From Azolla caroliniana (taxonomy: Eukaryota > Plantae > Polypodiophyta), in the NCBI GenBank assembly GCA_043228905.1, contig JBHGNT010000010.1, forward strand, positions 7,936,001 through 8,000,000: DNA of 64,000 nt, read 5' to 3'. The translations under genes were made by a program, and so were the position numbers. Under the pieces are notes generated by a model that had not been told where the DNA came from, ran no database searches, and saw nothing but the letters and a program-made list of their open reading frames with translations. Below are positions 48,901-58,961 of the stretch, in pieces (positions within the stretch are counted from its first letter, which is position 1; the number at the start of each line of letters is the position of its first letter).

Positions 48901-51296
48901 GGCCGAAGACGGTGAAGAAACAGAACCGGCCGAAGAAGATGAAAATGATACCGGAACCGGCCCCGATCCCGAAATGGATTCGGATGAAGAAGAATCGGAA
49001 GAACCGGTTACCGAAGCTCCGGAACGGAGATATCCTCTAAGAGAGAGAAGGGCCCCCCGGAGATTTCCGGAACCAGAGCACGTGCTGCTAACCGACGAGG
49101 GGGAGCCGGAGAGCTTTGAAGAAGCAAAACATGACACCCAGAGCCGCAGGTGGTTGAGTGCCATGCAGGACGAGATGGATTCCCTGCATGAGAACCACAC
49201 ATATGAACTTGTGGAGTTGCCGAAAGGAAAGCGGGCACTTCGAAACAAGTGGGTGTTCAAGCTGAAACCGGGAGATGCCGGAAACCCCCCGAGATACAAA
49301 GCCAGGATCGTGGTGAAGGGGTTTCAGCAGAAGAAGGGCGTCGACTTCGACGAGATATTTGCCCCGGTAGTGAAGATGACCTCCATCCGGACGGTGCTGA
49401 GCATAGCGGCAAGCATGGACCTCGAGGTAGAACAGATGGACGTGAAGACGGCATTCCTTCACGGTGACCTCGATGAAGAGATCTACATGCAGCAACCGGA
49501 AGGATTCGAGAAGAAAGGGAAGGAGCACCTGGTATGCCGGTTGAAGAAGAGCCTTTACGGACTGAAGCAGGCTCCCCGGCAATGGTACCGGAAGTTCGAC
49601 TCCTTCATGACCGACGAAGGGTACCTCAAAACGCAGTCCGACCACTGCGTGTTTGTGAAGAAGTTCGAAGGAGGAGACTTTCTAATACTCCTCCTGTACG
49701 TGGACGACATGTTGATCGTCGGACGGGACCAGGTCAAGATACGGATGCTGAAGAAGGCTCTTCACCGAACCTTCTCAATGAAGGACCTGGGTCCGGCGAG
49801 GCAAATACTAGGGATGCACATCATCCGGGACCGGAAGAAGAAGCAGTTGTGGCTGTCACAGGAGAAGTACGTGACGAAGGTGCTTCACCGGTTCAACATG
49901 TCGGAAGCAAGACCGGTCGGATCGACCCTCCCGGCAAACTGCAAGCTGTCCAGCAAGCAAAGTCCCAAGACAAAGGCTGAAAAGGAGGATATGATGAAAG
50001 TGCCGTATGCCTCAGCCGTCGGGAGCTTGATGTACGCCATGGTGTGTACGAGACCGGACATAGGATATGCAGTCGGAGTGGTGAGCCGGTACATGAGCAA
50101 TCCCGGCAAAGAGCATTGGAACGCGGCCAAGTGGATACTCCGATACCTGAAAGGCACGGCAAACGTGTGCCTCCGATTCGGCTCCGGTAAGCCCGAACTC
50201 GACGGCTTCACCGATTCGGATATGTCGGCTGATGCAGATACTAGCCGGTCCACATCAGGGTATGTGATGACGTATGCAGGGGGAGCCGTTTCGTGGCAGT
50301 CGAGGCTGCAGAAGACGGTTGCGTTGTCAACCACGGAGGCGGAGTACATGGCAGCTGTTGAAGCCGGCAAGGAAATAATATGGATGAAGGACTTCATTAG
50401 AGAGCTCGGTATCCGGCAGGAGGAGTACCGACTCTACTGCGACAATCAGAGTGCAATCCACCTTGCGAAGAACGCGGCCTATCACTCCCGGACGAAGCAC
50501 ATCCAGCGAAGATATCACTGGATCCGGGAAAGGATAGAAGACAAGGAGTTCGTGCTGACAAAGATCCACACGGACGAGAACGGGTCGGATATGCTGACCA
50601 AGGTGCTCACACCCGACAAGCTGGAAGCATGCCGGAAGAGGATCGGATTGGAAAGACATCCCATGCCGAAGTGAAGGGGGAGTTTGTTGGGATTACGGTC
50701 CCTTCGGATGGGATGGTCGGATGTCGGAGATGAATGCCGACGAGCCCGGTTTCGGTTTCGGAACCGGATGATGAAGACCCCGGCTTCGGAGCCGGATGAC
50801 GAATGTACCCGGAGAGCGATCCGGATGCAGGGACATATCCGTGAATATGTTTGCTATGGGCCCCTGAGGCTATAGTTGTAAATAGCCCCAAAGTCATATA
50901 TGTATAAATATGACTTAGGGCAAACTGTTTTAGTGTTGCTGATCATTTTTCTGTTTTTCCACTCAAGAGGAGTGAAGAGGGAGCAGCCGTGAGAGAGAGA
51001 GAGAGATAGAGCGTGAGAGAGGAAGAGGACGACGCCTCTGTGTATTTCCGCCGCCTGTGGCGAGGACAGCGAGCTCAAGGTCGTCGCCTTGCAGCTCGCC
51101 ATTGTATACTTCTCTTTGTATAGTGTTGGTTTGGAGTCTTGTACTCCCGTGGTTTTTTTCCCATCTAGGGTTTTCCACGTTAATCCCTGTGTATTCGTGT
51201 GTTTCTCTCTGTGGTTCCTATTTTCTGCTGCATTGATTCGCGATTACTTGGTTGTGGCCGAGTGGTGAAGGTGAATCGAAGCGTCGATTCCCAACA
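45959..51296 (+). mobile_element. Intact, very young Ty1/Copia element (family C), 5338 bp
   Basis: 612-bp LTRs at 45959-46570 and 50685-51296, identical by eye; perfect TSD GTATA; PBS TGGTATCAGAGC at 46574-46585; PPT aagggggag; one uninterrupted ORF. Confidence 0.97.
46601..50674 (+). CDS. Copia Gag-Pol polyprotein, 1357 aa (Gag, zinc knuckle, protease, integrase, RT, RNase H)
   Basis: CFHCGKPGHFRKNC, WVVDSGAS, WHKRLCH, VHTD...FIDD...DNGGEY...NGLAER, YVDD, FTDSD...STTEAEY; first ATG after the PBS is at 46601. Confidence 0.95.
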   Translation: MEGGGSGQPGMMVLNAQNYADWKIKMEDLLIVRDLYEPIDRSEIPKGVLESEWRLLNRKAVATIRQYVDVSVLQHVANDTNAYEMWRKLSGLYERKNALNRTSLMRKIVNLKYRDDESMVEHVSTFMGFVNQLAAIKFPLEDAMQAIILMCTLPESWENLVVTLSTSCTEDNLSLQTVKTSILNEEARRRDKEPAFDSKALLTESDRGRQWNRSPQRREKSGTRSQSRGRPTCFHCGKPGHFRKNCRHYRKDNGADDTDSKKSPERNGAYRGATDRRGSDRRGQDRKGTTALAASEEEIMLITEEGELNIAGDETTWVVDSGASFHLTPERRYFSSYTTGEHGCVRMGNEGTCRIAGIGDVWLTTPTGCKMLLKDVRHVPEVRLNLISAGRLDDEGYTGSIRNDVMKFSKGSLIVARARKDNTLYLMNARLCPEELNVAADTAGELWHKRLCHMSEKGMKRLAEDNLIPVKHVHLEKCTDCLAGKQNRTSFHSRPPTRRSAPLELVHTDVCQVETKSHGGAQYFVTFIDDHSRKLWTAPLKTKDQVLCVFKELHARVERESGKKLKAIRADNGGEYRGQFQEYCRSKGIRLEFTVPKTPELNGLAERMNRTIMERVRSMLAHAKLPKGFWAEAMSTATYVINRSPSVPLDGDTPQKVWTGKEVSYQHLKVFGCLAYVHVAKDQRGKLDPKTRPCIFLGYGDDEFGYRVWDPVDKKIFRSRDIIFMEDKTLADWESEKKMKSSKSTGEDQLYEEQSRPVRDRLALEDPAEDGEETEPAEEDENDTGTGPDPEMDSDEEESEEPVTEAPERRYPLRERRAPRRFPEPEHVLLTDEGEPESFEEAKHDTQSRRWLSAMQDEMDSLHENHTYELVELPKGKRALRNKWVFKLKPGDAGNPPRYKARIVVKGFQQKKGVDFDEIFAPVVKMTSIRTVLSIAASMDLEVEQMDVKTAFLHGDLDEEIYMQQPEGFEKKGKEHLVCRLKKSLYGLKQAPRQWYRKFDSFMTDEGYLKTQSDHCVFVKKFEGGDFLILLLYVDDMLIVGRDQVKIRMLKKALHRTFSMKDLGPARQILGMHIIRDRKKKQLWLSQEKYVTKVLHRFNMSEARPVGSTLPANCKLSSKQSPKTKAEKEDMMKVPYASAVGSLMYAMVCTRPDIGYAVGVVSRYMSNPGKEHWNAAKWILRYLKGTANVCLRFGSGKPELDGFTDSDMSADADTSRSTSGYVMTYAGGAVSWQSRLQKTVALSTTEAEYMAAVEAGKEIIWMKDFIRELGIRQEEYRLYCDNQSAIHLAKNAAYHSRTKHIQRRYHWIRERIEDKEFVLTKIHTDENGSDMLTKVLTPDKLEACRKRIGLERHPMPK

Positions 51297-51330
51297 GTAT
51301 AGCCCACAAGGGGCACATTTGGACTATTTA

Positions 51331-53448
51331 CATTGGGGAATGGAAGCCTATGCTGCTTCCCAAGCTGACAAGTTTCACAAATTTGGCCTTTCCGGCCACT
51401 GAACTTCGGTAGTTCGGAAACCACATGTTTCGATTGCATCTCCTAAAGCTTTTGAAAGTTGATGTGGCTGATCCGCTTATGCCACAGGTCGATGTTCGAC
51501 TCGACTTTGTGTCCTTTTGCGAACATAGCGGTGCCTACATTATTGGTTTTGAGGATGAACATTCTTCCATCCCGTCACCCTTGCACGATGATCCGGCCCT
51601 CCTCCTTGATGAAGCATCCATGGTGAGTGAACCAGACTTGCATTCCTTGATCCACAATCTGCCCGATCGACACCAAATTCCCGGTTATTGTCGGTACATA
51701 CAGGATGTTCCTCATGATTCCCTTCTAGATGACATGGCTCAGAGGGACATACCTGATATGCTGGATGGGATGTGGGGTGTCGTCTCCGGTTTTGACCACC
51801 CCTGACTTCTCCGGCCTCTTGAGAAAGGAGAACCTCTCTTTGTAGTTTGTCATATGATTTGAAGCTCTAGAGTCCACGTACCAAACTCCTTCCAACTTCG
51901 AGTTGGGAGCTCCTATCCGGTTGGCCTCATGCTTCTTTACGAGGTTGTTCCTAACCCAACTATCTTCGAGCCTCTAGCGAAGTGTGATCGGTGACGCCTA
52001 TCTATGTCTCTCCTCCGGCTCGATCCGGATTTGTCCAAATCGACCCTTTTTTTCCAACACTCGCTCTCTCTATGGCCCTTTCGGCCATAGTACCAACATT
52101 CCGTTTCGGCCTTTCCTTGCCGGTTTCTGGTGCCACTTTGACTCTCCCTGTTTTCAGAGGGTCCGGAATTGTTGTCGGCATTTTGATTATGCCTTTAGTT
52201 TTGCTCTTGTCGGCCACCTCCATTGCGTGTTGACCTGCCTCATCCGCCATGACCACGGGGCCTTTCTTCCTCCGTGTACAACATCTTGCTATCGGTGTGT
52301 CTACTCGTCGACGCACCCGCGTGGTTCCTCTCTACAAGGAGCATCGATTGTAAGTCGAAAAATGAAGGTGTATTCTCCCTTGTACATACAACCTTTTGGA
52401 ATGCTCCGAGCTTTGACGCTAGATCCCTGAGATAGACCAACACCATCTCATCCTCCTCGACAGTCATGTTGATGGAGGCAAGGGAGTTACAAATCTCTTT
52501 AATCTGGGTCATGTAGTTGGCCACCGATATGTCCTTCTATCGGATATTGCTCAACTCCTGTCGGAGTTGCAGCTTCCGGGCTGTGGTGCTTGCGACGAAG
52601 ACCTTCTTAAGGTTTCCCAAAGCTTCCTTTGGTGACTTGGTGTCCCGGATATGGCTAAGAAGTTGATCGCCAACACTAGAGTCAAAGTAGTACATCACCC
52701 TGCTTGCTGCTTGTTCCCAAGCCGGAAAGTCCCTGTGTGCCGCGTCAGGTGCCATATCATTAGCTTTGTCAACATAACTCTAGTGGCCATGCCTGAGCAG
52801 GTATTGGTGCATCTTGTATGACCACGGTGCGTAGTTGATTCTGTCGAGCTTCTCTGGCGGGAGCGAGTTAGCCATTCCTCTATCCATTCTTCCCTTCTTG
52901 TTCATTACCGGGTGTTAGGGTTCGTGTATAGAAATCACATGTCGGCAGCAGGGGTTCTCAACCCTCACGCTCTGATACCATGTAAAAGTAAAAGTGTGGA
53001 AGCGTAAACAAAACTGGCTGAGCTAGATAACAACAGAACATAGAGATGAAGGTTTAATGGAAGCTTAACACAGTACGTGGGAGAGACAAAGTTAGAGCAG
53101 AATAAACTCAAATTCGAAATTACCCAAAATACTCTGTACATACAATTGTGCTTTACAACACTATTTATACAAGTCCTTAAAGGAATGACTAAGGTACTGA
53201 CAAGTACTTTAACGCTCGGACAAAGCATCAACATAGACTCCCAAAATTATGCCTAAGTACTAGGCCAGAGTTGTAGGCCTCTAACGGCCTACCGGTTACA
53301 ATCTGATCCGGATTATGATCTGACTCTTCGATCCAACTCTTGGTTCTGGATGCCGACTCGGATACCGATCCGGTTCTTCATTCCGGACTCCGATCCAACT
53401 CTGGCTTATTCAGCTGATCTGGATCCGGTTGAGCTTGTCCGTTCAACA
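51331..53448 (-). mobile_element. 5' fragment of Copia family D (LTR 53448-52981, iMet PBS 52980-52969, degenerate gag-protease-pre-integrase)
   Basis: TG...CA LTR; TGGTATCAGAGC; gag WEQAASRVMY resembles family A; WYVDS motif; CETCQLGKQHR. Confidence 0.85.
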
Positions 53449-55405
53449 ATTAGGGAAAGGACGAATCCGGATAGTTGTACCGATCCAGATCCACATTGAT
53501 TAGTAGCCGGTAGCCAGTAGCCGGTAAGGCACCGTGTTGTAATTTGTACTGGATGCCTATAAAAGGATCTAGATTGATGTATAAATCTTACGGAAGTAAT
53601 ACAAGTTAAGCGTGCTTTGTTGTTAATCTTATTGTCTCCTTTGTGTACTTGCCATCTATGTTGTAACTATTAATCATACGCGTGTAATTAAGAATTGGAT
53701 AAGTATTAAGTGGTCCAGAAGGCAATCCGGTAGTAGCTAGAGTGTTACGTATAACTTGTCAAATCAGTACTAGATAATCATCCATATCACCAACCACCCC
53801 TTTGGATGCGTGTTCCAGATAGGACACCATGTGTTTCCGGCTAGTCCAATCCAGGATAAACAATTGACCGTTCGGTCAACCGGTACAAGGTCCGATTTGT
53901 GGCCAAAGGATATGCGTAGACCCATGACATCGACTACGACAAGACCTTTGCATCGATGGCGAAGATGACAACAGTCTGTGTGGTGCAAGAGATAGCAGTA
54001 GTAAGGGGGTGACATCTCCACTAGATGGACGTTAAGAACGTGTTTATTGAAGGAAACCTTGAAGAACAGGTAGTTATGGTCCAACCCCCTGGTTTTTAGT
54101 CGGAATTACACAAGTCAGTGGTATGTCGACTAAGGAAGATGGGGTTTGCGGTCTCAAAATTCATCCGGAAAGGTCCGAAGGGTCCTGTGTGCATCTTGTT
54201 GTATGTGGACGACCTAGTTGTTACCGGCCCTAACCTTGGTAAAATCAACCAAGTCAAGTCCCAGTTATCGGACGCATTTGAGATGAAGGACCCGGGGAAC
54301 CTTCACTACTTCCTTGGGATCGAAGTGATCAACACCCCCGACGATATATTGCTCACTTAGCAACATTACATGTTGAATATGTTGTACAAGTTTGGGATGA
54401 CGGAATGTTGATCTGTCTCTACGCCTCTCGACAGAAACCTCTTTGTGCGCAAGCGGTGTCGTGAAGAATGTGCAGATAAAGTCACATATTTCCTCAATGA
54501 ATTAGATGGGACAGAAATTCGTATCTCAATTGTAGGAAAAAGGATTAAAATATTTAAAAGGAGGTAGTCATTAGAGCCCGTATTTTATGAAGAAGTAGAA
54601 GAACTAAAAGAATCAGAAGAAGTGTTGGATGAACTCTACACAATCAATGTGCAAGTTCAGAGGGGGTGGGTGTCGTGAAGAATGTGCTTCACGATATAAA
54701 AATGAGCTTAAATATTGTATTTAATAATATTTGAGAGACTTGAACCCACATCTTTATATATGAAAACAATGTACATACCACTAGGCTAGGCTATTTATTT
54801 GTAAAAGTTTGTAAAAAAATGTGCTTCATGATATAAGAATGAAGCTATATATTGTATTGAGTAAAATAGAGAGACTTGAACTCTCAACCTTATATACCAA
54901 ACACAAAGCATACACCACTAAGCTAGGTTAGTTATTTTAAAATACATTTTCATTATTATACTTATCCCATATCTATTTTCATACATAGCCATCATGCATC
55001 ACATGCAATGCATGTATGCCAAATGGCGATCATGCATTACATGTAACTCATGCATTGCATGCATGCCATGCTCCCATACATTACCATATGCATGGAAACA
55101 CTTATATAAAGAGGGGCAAGGAAACAAGAGGGGATCAAGAGAAAGTGGGAGAAAAGAATCTAAACAAGTATTGAAGATATCTTATTTGGTGAAGAGCCTT
55201 GCGTTTCAAAGTGGAAATCGTGGGTTCAAATCAAGGGGTCGGTATTGAAAAGATTCATCTTGCGATCAAGGATTGTAAAGTTGGTAAATTATTATATTTT
55301 TAATATACATCATGTTTATATCATATACTCTTGTTTCTAGAATCATACTTTGTCTCAATCTTCTTTCTTGAATCATACATTGTCTCTATCTTTTATTTAT
55401 GCTTG

Positions 55406-55444
<39 letters not shown>

Positions 55445-55843
55445 TTACTCGTAACTCTTCTTCTTACTATCCTTAACCATTCTATCATCACCATACAAGC
55501 CTTATTAAAAGTTAAGTTTCTTCAACTCTCCTTAACCTTAGTCCCCGCGGCTTCGCCGCATGAACCACAACTACCTTGACAGCGGATCCTGAGCGGTGAA
55601 GTCAAACTTTGGTATGTTCGGACCGATCAGCAGGTTACCGACATTTTCACCAAGTCCCTTAGGATGGACAAGTTGCAACACTTCTCGGAGATGCTTGGTA
55701 TCAAGCACGTCGACGTGCCGCACTTGAGGGGGATAGCAACTAACGAGTTGGGGAAAGAGCCAACCGAAGGCAAGAGGAAAACCCAAGAAGAAGAAGATGC
55801 CTAATTGACTGATGAAGTTGCTAGTAGAGCTGGAACAAGTGGT
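53449..55843 (+). mobile_element. Degenerate LTR and Copia RT/RNase H remnants, interrupted at 54457-55581
   Basis: ILLYVDDLVV, LHYFLGIEV; FVRKR|ILSGEVKL resumes across the insertion; ends in cttgaggggg. Confidence 0.7.
54457..55581 (+). mobile_element. Internally deleted gypsy-type element: 17 bp of 5' LTR, integrase C-terminus, PPT and a full 911-bp 3' LTR (54671-55581)
   Basis: TGTCGTGAAGAATGTGC at 54457 and 54671; TYFLNELDGTEIRISIVGKRIKIFKRR*; PPT gagggggtggg; 4-bp TSD GCGG. Confidence 0.8.
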
Positions 55844-58333
55844 TGTTGTCTGCCATAAGAGGACAAATGTAAATAACGCATAATAAAGAAGTGTATTAAT
55901 TATAATAGAAGCATTGAAGTAACGCGTGTAACGGTTCACACGGGAAGCGTAACCGACTAGGCCTTGTGTATATAAAGGGCATATTAACATTGTAAAGGGT
56001 TAGCGCATTTTTTAGCATAGTCTTTTAATATAGTTTCTATCTTCTCTGATTCCTGTCTCCTGTCTCATGTCTCTTGCCTTTTATCCCTGTGTGTGACTGT
56101 GTACGAGTAAGCGTAAGGTGAAGTACGTGTGCGTATTTACGCACAATAGGAGCTCGGTTGTAGCCGTCTCCCATTACTCCTTTTGTATACGCTCTACTGC
56201 ATAAGTCCCTACGTCCTACATGCTACACCAACCTCCTCTCCCTTGCACCACGATCACCTTGATACCTACCCCGAAGGATTGAGGGTAGGCCGTGTTCCTA
56301 CCTGGCAACACTTTTGGCACGCCCGGTGATCTGTGAATCCTCACAGTCGAGCAACAAGGAATGGATGTCTAGTCGCCGATGTATCAGAGAACCTACTCGA
56401 CAAGATCGACCACTGACTAGATCCATCACCAGACAGACAGAAGAACGCGCTACGCGGAAACCCCGCCTTAGCGACTACGCCCCCTCTCTAGAGTACACGG
56501 TAGACTCTACGCTCACAGAACAGAGCGGCATTGGACAAGAAGTCCTATTGCACCTAGACCAATATAGTGTGACTAAGCTTCATAGCAGCCCTCACCGTGG
56601 AAGCATCAACCTTCCCTTGCCTAGCTTCACCGTCGCAACTAGAATGACCTTTTCATACCCCCGTTTCAGCGGAGAAACCAACGCTCGTTCCTCAACGTGT
56701 GGAACGCCAACCACATGACACAAAGGCTGCTAGAGGCGGAAGCCCACGAATCGAAGGTCGATGAGTTCGGGCTAACCTTAGATGGCCGGGTTGTGCGCTG
56801 GCACTCCCAACTCAATCTAACAACATTCACAACCTTCGACTAAACTGCAATCGTCATTCTTGCGGTTCTTCCATCGGAGTGTGCTGCAACGTGAAGTTAT
56901 CAGTCAGTTTTATATGATCAAGCAACTTCCAAAGGAATCCGTAGCGGATTTCAGTCTGCGGTTCCAGAGTCTACGACGTTAACTCACACAAGGCTCAACA
57001 GAGGAAGAAGCCAAGGATACATTTTTGGTAGCTTTATGATGACCCCTCAGGACTACATTGACCACGTAGAGTGTAAAGGGCGAGACGACAGATATGGTTA
57101 TTGAGAGGGCGTTGTAGCTTGAATTAGAGGACGAGGATGAAGGACTGTCCATGGCATCGCTCTGGCAGCCATTGGCCTAGGACGAGGAATATCGATTCTG
57201 CCAAGCAATTCAATGCACAATTTGCTTAAACTCCGGGCACTCTACGGTGGATTGTAACATGCGGATACATTGCCCTATTTTCCATTCACGGGTACATACG
57301 GTGGATTAGTGCGAATATAACATGCTGAACAAACCCACCTCGACAGTTCGCCGTATGGAACCACAACGACAGTACCGCCATAACGAGGAGAGTTTAGAGG
57401 ACAAATGACGCCAAGAGCCTCGCCAGGAGTATCGCTAGAAACCCCATAACCACAGAAGATTTCAGCAGCCACGGGAAGAGCAACCTGCACCCCTGGACAC
57501 CACCACATTGCCAGTAGTAGAGAAAGGAGAATCCAACGTACATTACTTCGCGTGCCAACAGCTAGGCCACTATGCGACACAATGTCCACAACGCAATAAA
57601 GGCAAGGACCCAACTGTGAATACCATCACGATGGATATCCAACAAGTCACTACATGCAGTCAGGTGAAAAACACAGAATGGACAGAACAAGATGACATAC
57701 GCAAGGTGGCCCAGGCCTGGGTGGAGAAAGCAAACGAAGCTAACGGGGAGCGAATGAAGCAAGAATTAGTGAGCGCCACTATGCAGATTGAAGATAAGGC
57801 ACTATCGCTAGATCCGCTATGGAAAGCTCTAGCGGATTGCGAAGTCACGTTGACCATGGATAAGCTCTTACGACTGGTCCCACAATTCTGATAGGTGGTA
57901 ACGAATCGTATACGGGGCACTGCTGGACTAGAGATCTCGGCCAATTTCAAAGAGTCCAATACTGGCCCAACAGTGATAGATCACCATAACCCGGCCATAA
58001 AAGTGGTGTTGTAGGGCCAAGAAATACAGGGGTGCATCGTCGACGGAGGTTCCGCCATAAATGTCATCAGTAAAACCATGTGTACTCGGCTAGGCATTAT
58101 AGATTGGGAAATGTGCTCATTTTGGCTCCGTATGGCAGACACCCGCTCCGTTAGACCCTAGGATTAATTCGAAAGCTAGGGATTGTAGTTGGGCGCCATC
58201 ACTTTGATATTTCTGCGGTCGTGCTCGCACTGGATGCCCTAGGGGTGTACCCAATTTTGTTAGGCAGACCATGGTTACGGTCTGCTAATATCAAGCAAAA
58301 CTGGCAGCATAATTGCATCAGTTTCTGACGCGG
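55844..58333 (+). mobile_element. 5' part of a degenerate non-chromovirus Ty3/Gypsy (Tat-like): LTR about 55844-56310, tRNA-Arg-type PBS at 56315, gag-protease
   Basis: tgttgtctg...ctggcaaca ends; PBS TGGCACGCCC; zinc knuckle (Y)FACQQLGHYATQC; protease IVDGGS; LLGRPW. Confidence 0.72.
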
Positions 58334-58921
58334 TGTCGTGAAGAAAACCGTCCACAAGCGGAATCGGTGCACCAGAGCGTAGGAACCGGCTCTTCATGCA
58401 CGATCCTCGGTAGGTAGGAAGTTAATAGGAAACGGCTCCTTCCTTGCCTATAAAAGGAGGGAGACGAGGAGGGGAATAAGGATTGCGAAGTAAGAGAGGA
58501 CGAAGTGCTGTCGGATTGTGGGCCAAAGGCTTCTCTCTCTTCCAAACTCCATAGCTTCTTTTTGTGCAGGTTTCGGGAGGCTCGCGCTGCTCTGAGGAAA
58601 GCCCGAGTGCTTCCGGCAGCACCTCCCACCTACTCCTTTCTTTCTGTGCATTTACGAACAGGCATCGGCATCTGTTCGCCGGCCTATTCAGTTGTAACCG
58701 ACTTCGTGTTCTTGTTGTTTGTCTTTGTTAATACATACATACATTCGTGTCTCTCTGTGTCGCTGTCCCACTCGCGTCTTTGTGTCGAAGGGCCGTGTCC
58801 CTGTGGATCTACGCTCGCACCTAGTGGGTCTCTTCCCTTCTCCTTTCTCTCTTGCTCTTCGGTACAAGACCCCCGAGGTCCCGCCTCATTCCACGCATCC
58901 GCGAGGAATACCTCGACATCT

Positions 58922-58939
58922 TGGTGAACCCGACGTGAA
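58922..58939 (+). promoter_or_regulatory. Primer binding site complementary to the 3' end of plant tRNA-Trp
   Basis: TGGTGAACCCGACGTGAA is the reverse complement of ...TTCACGTCGGGTTCA-CCA, the plant tRNA-Trp 3' end as recalled; 3 nt after the LTR. Confidence 0.85.
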
Positions 58940-58961
58940 AGAGGCGGTAGAAGAGCAGAAG

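Noticed and set aside
55808-55840. CTGATGA resembling a hammerhead ribozyme core
   Set aside because: No proper stem II, no GAAA and no flanking stems.
58719-58961. ORF-track N-terminal 81 aa of the 789-aa ORF
   Set aside because: Lies within the LTR and PBS and starts at a TTG; the ATG at 58962 is the plausible start.
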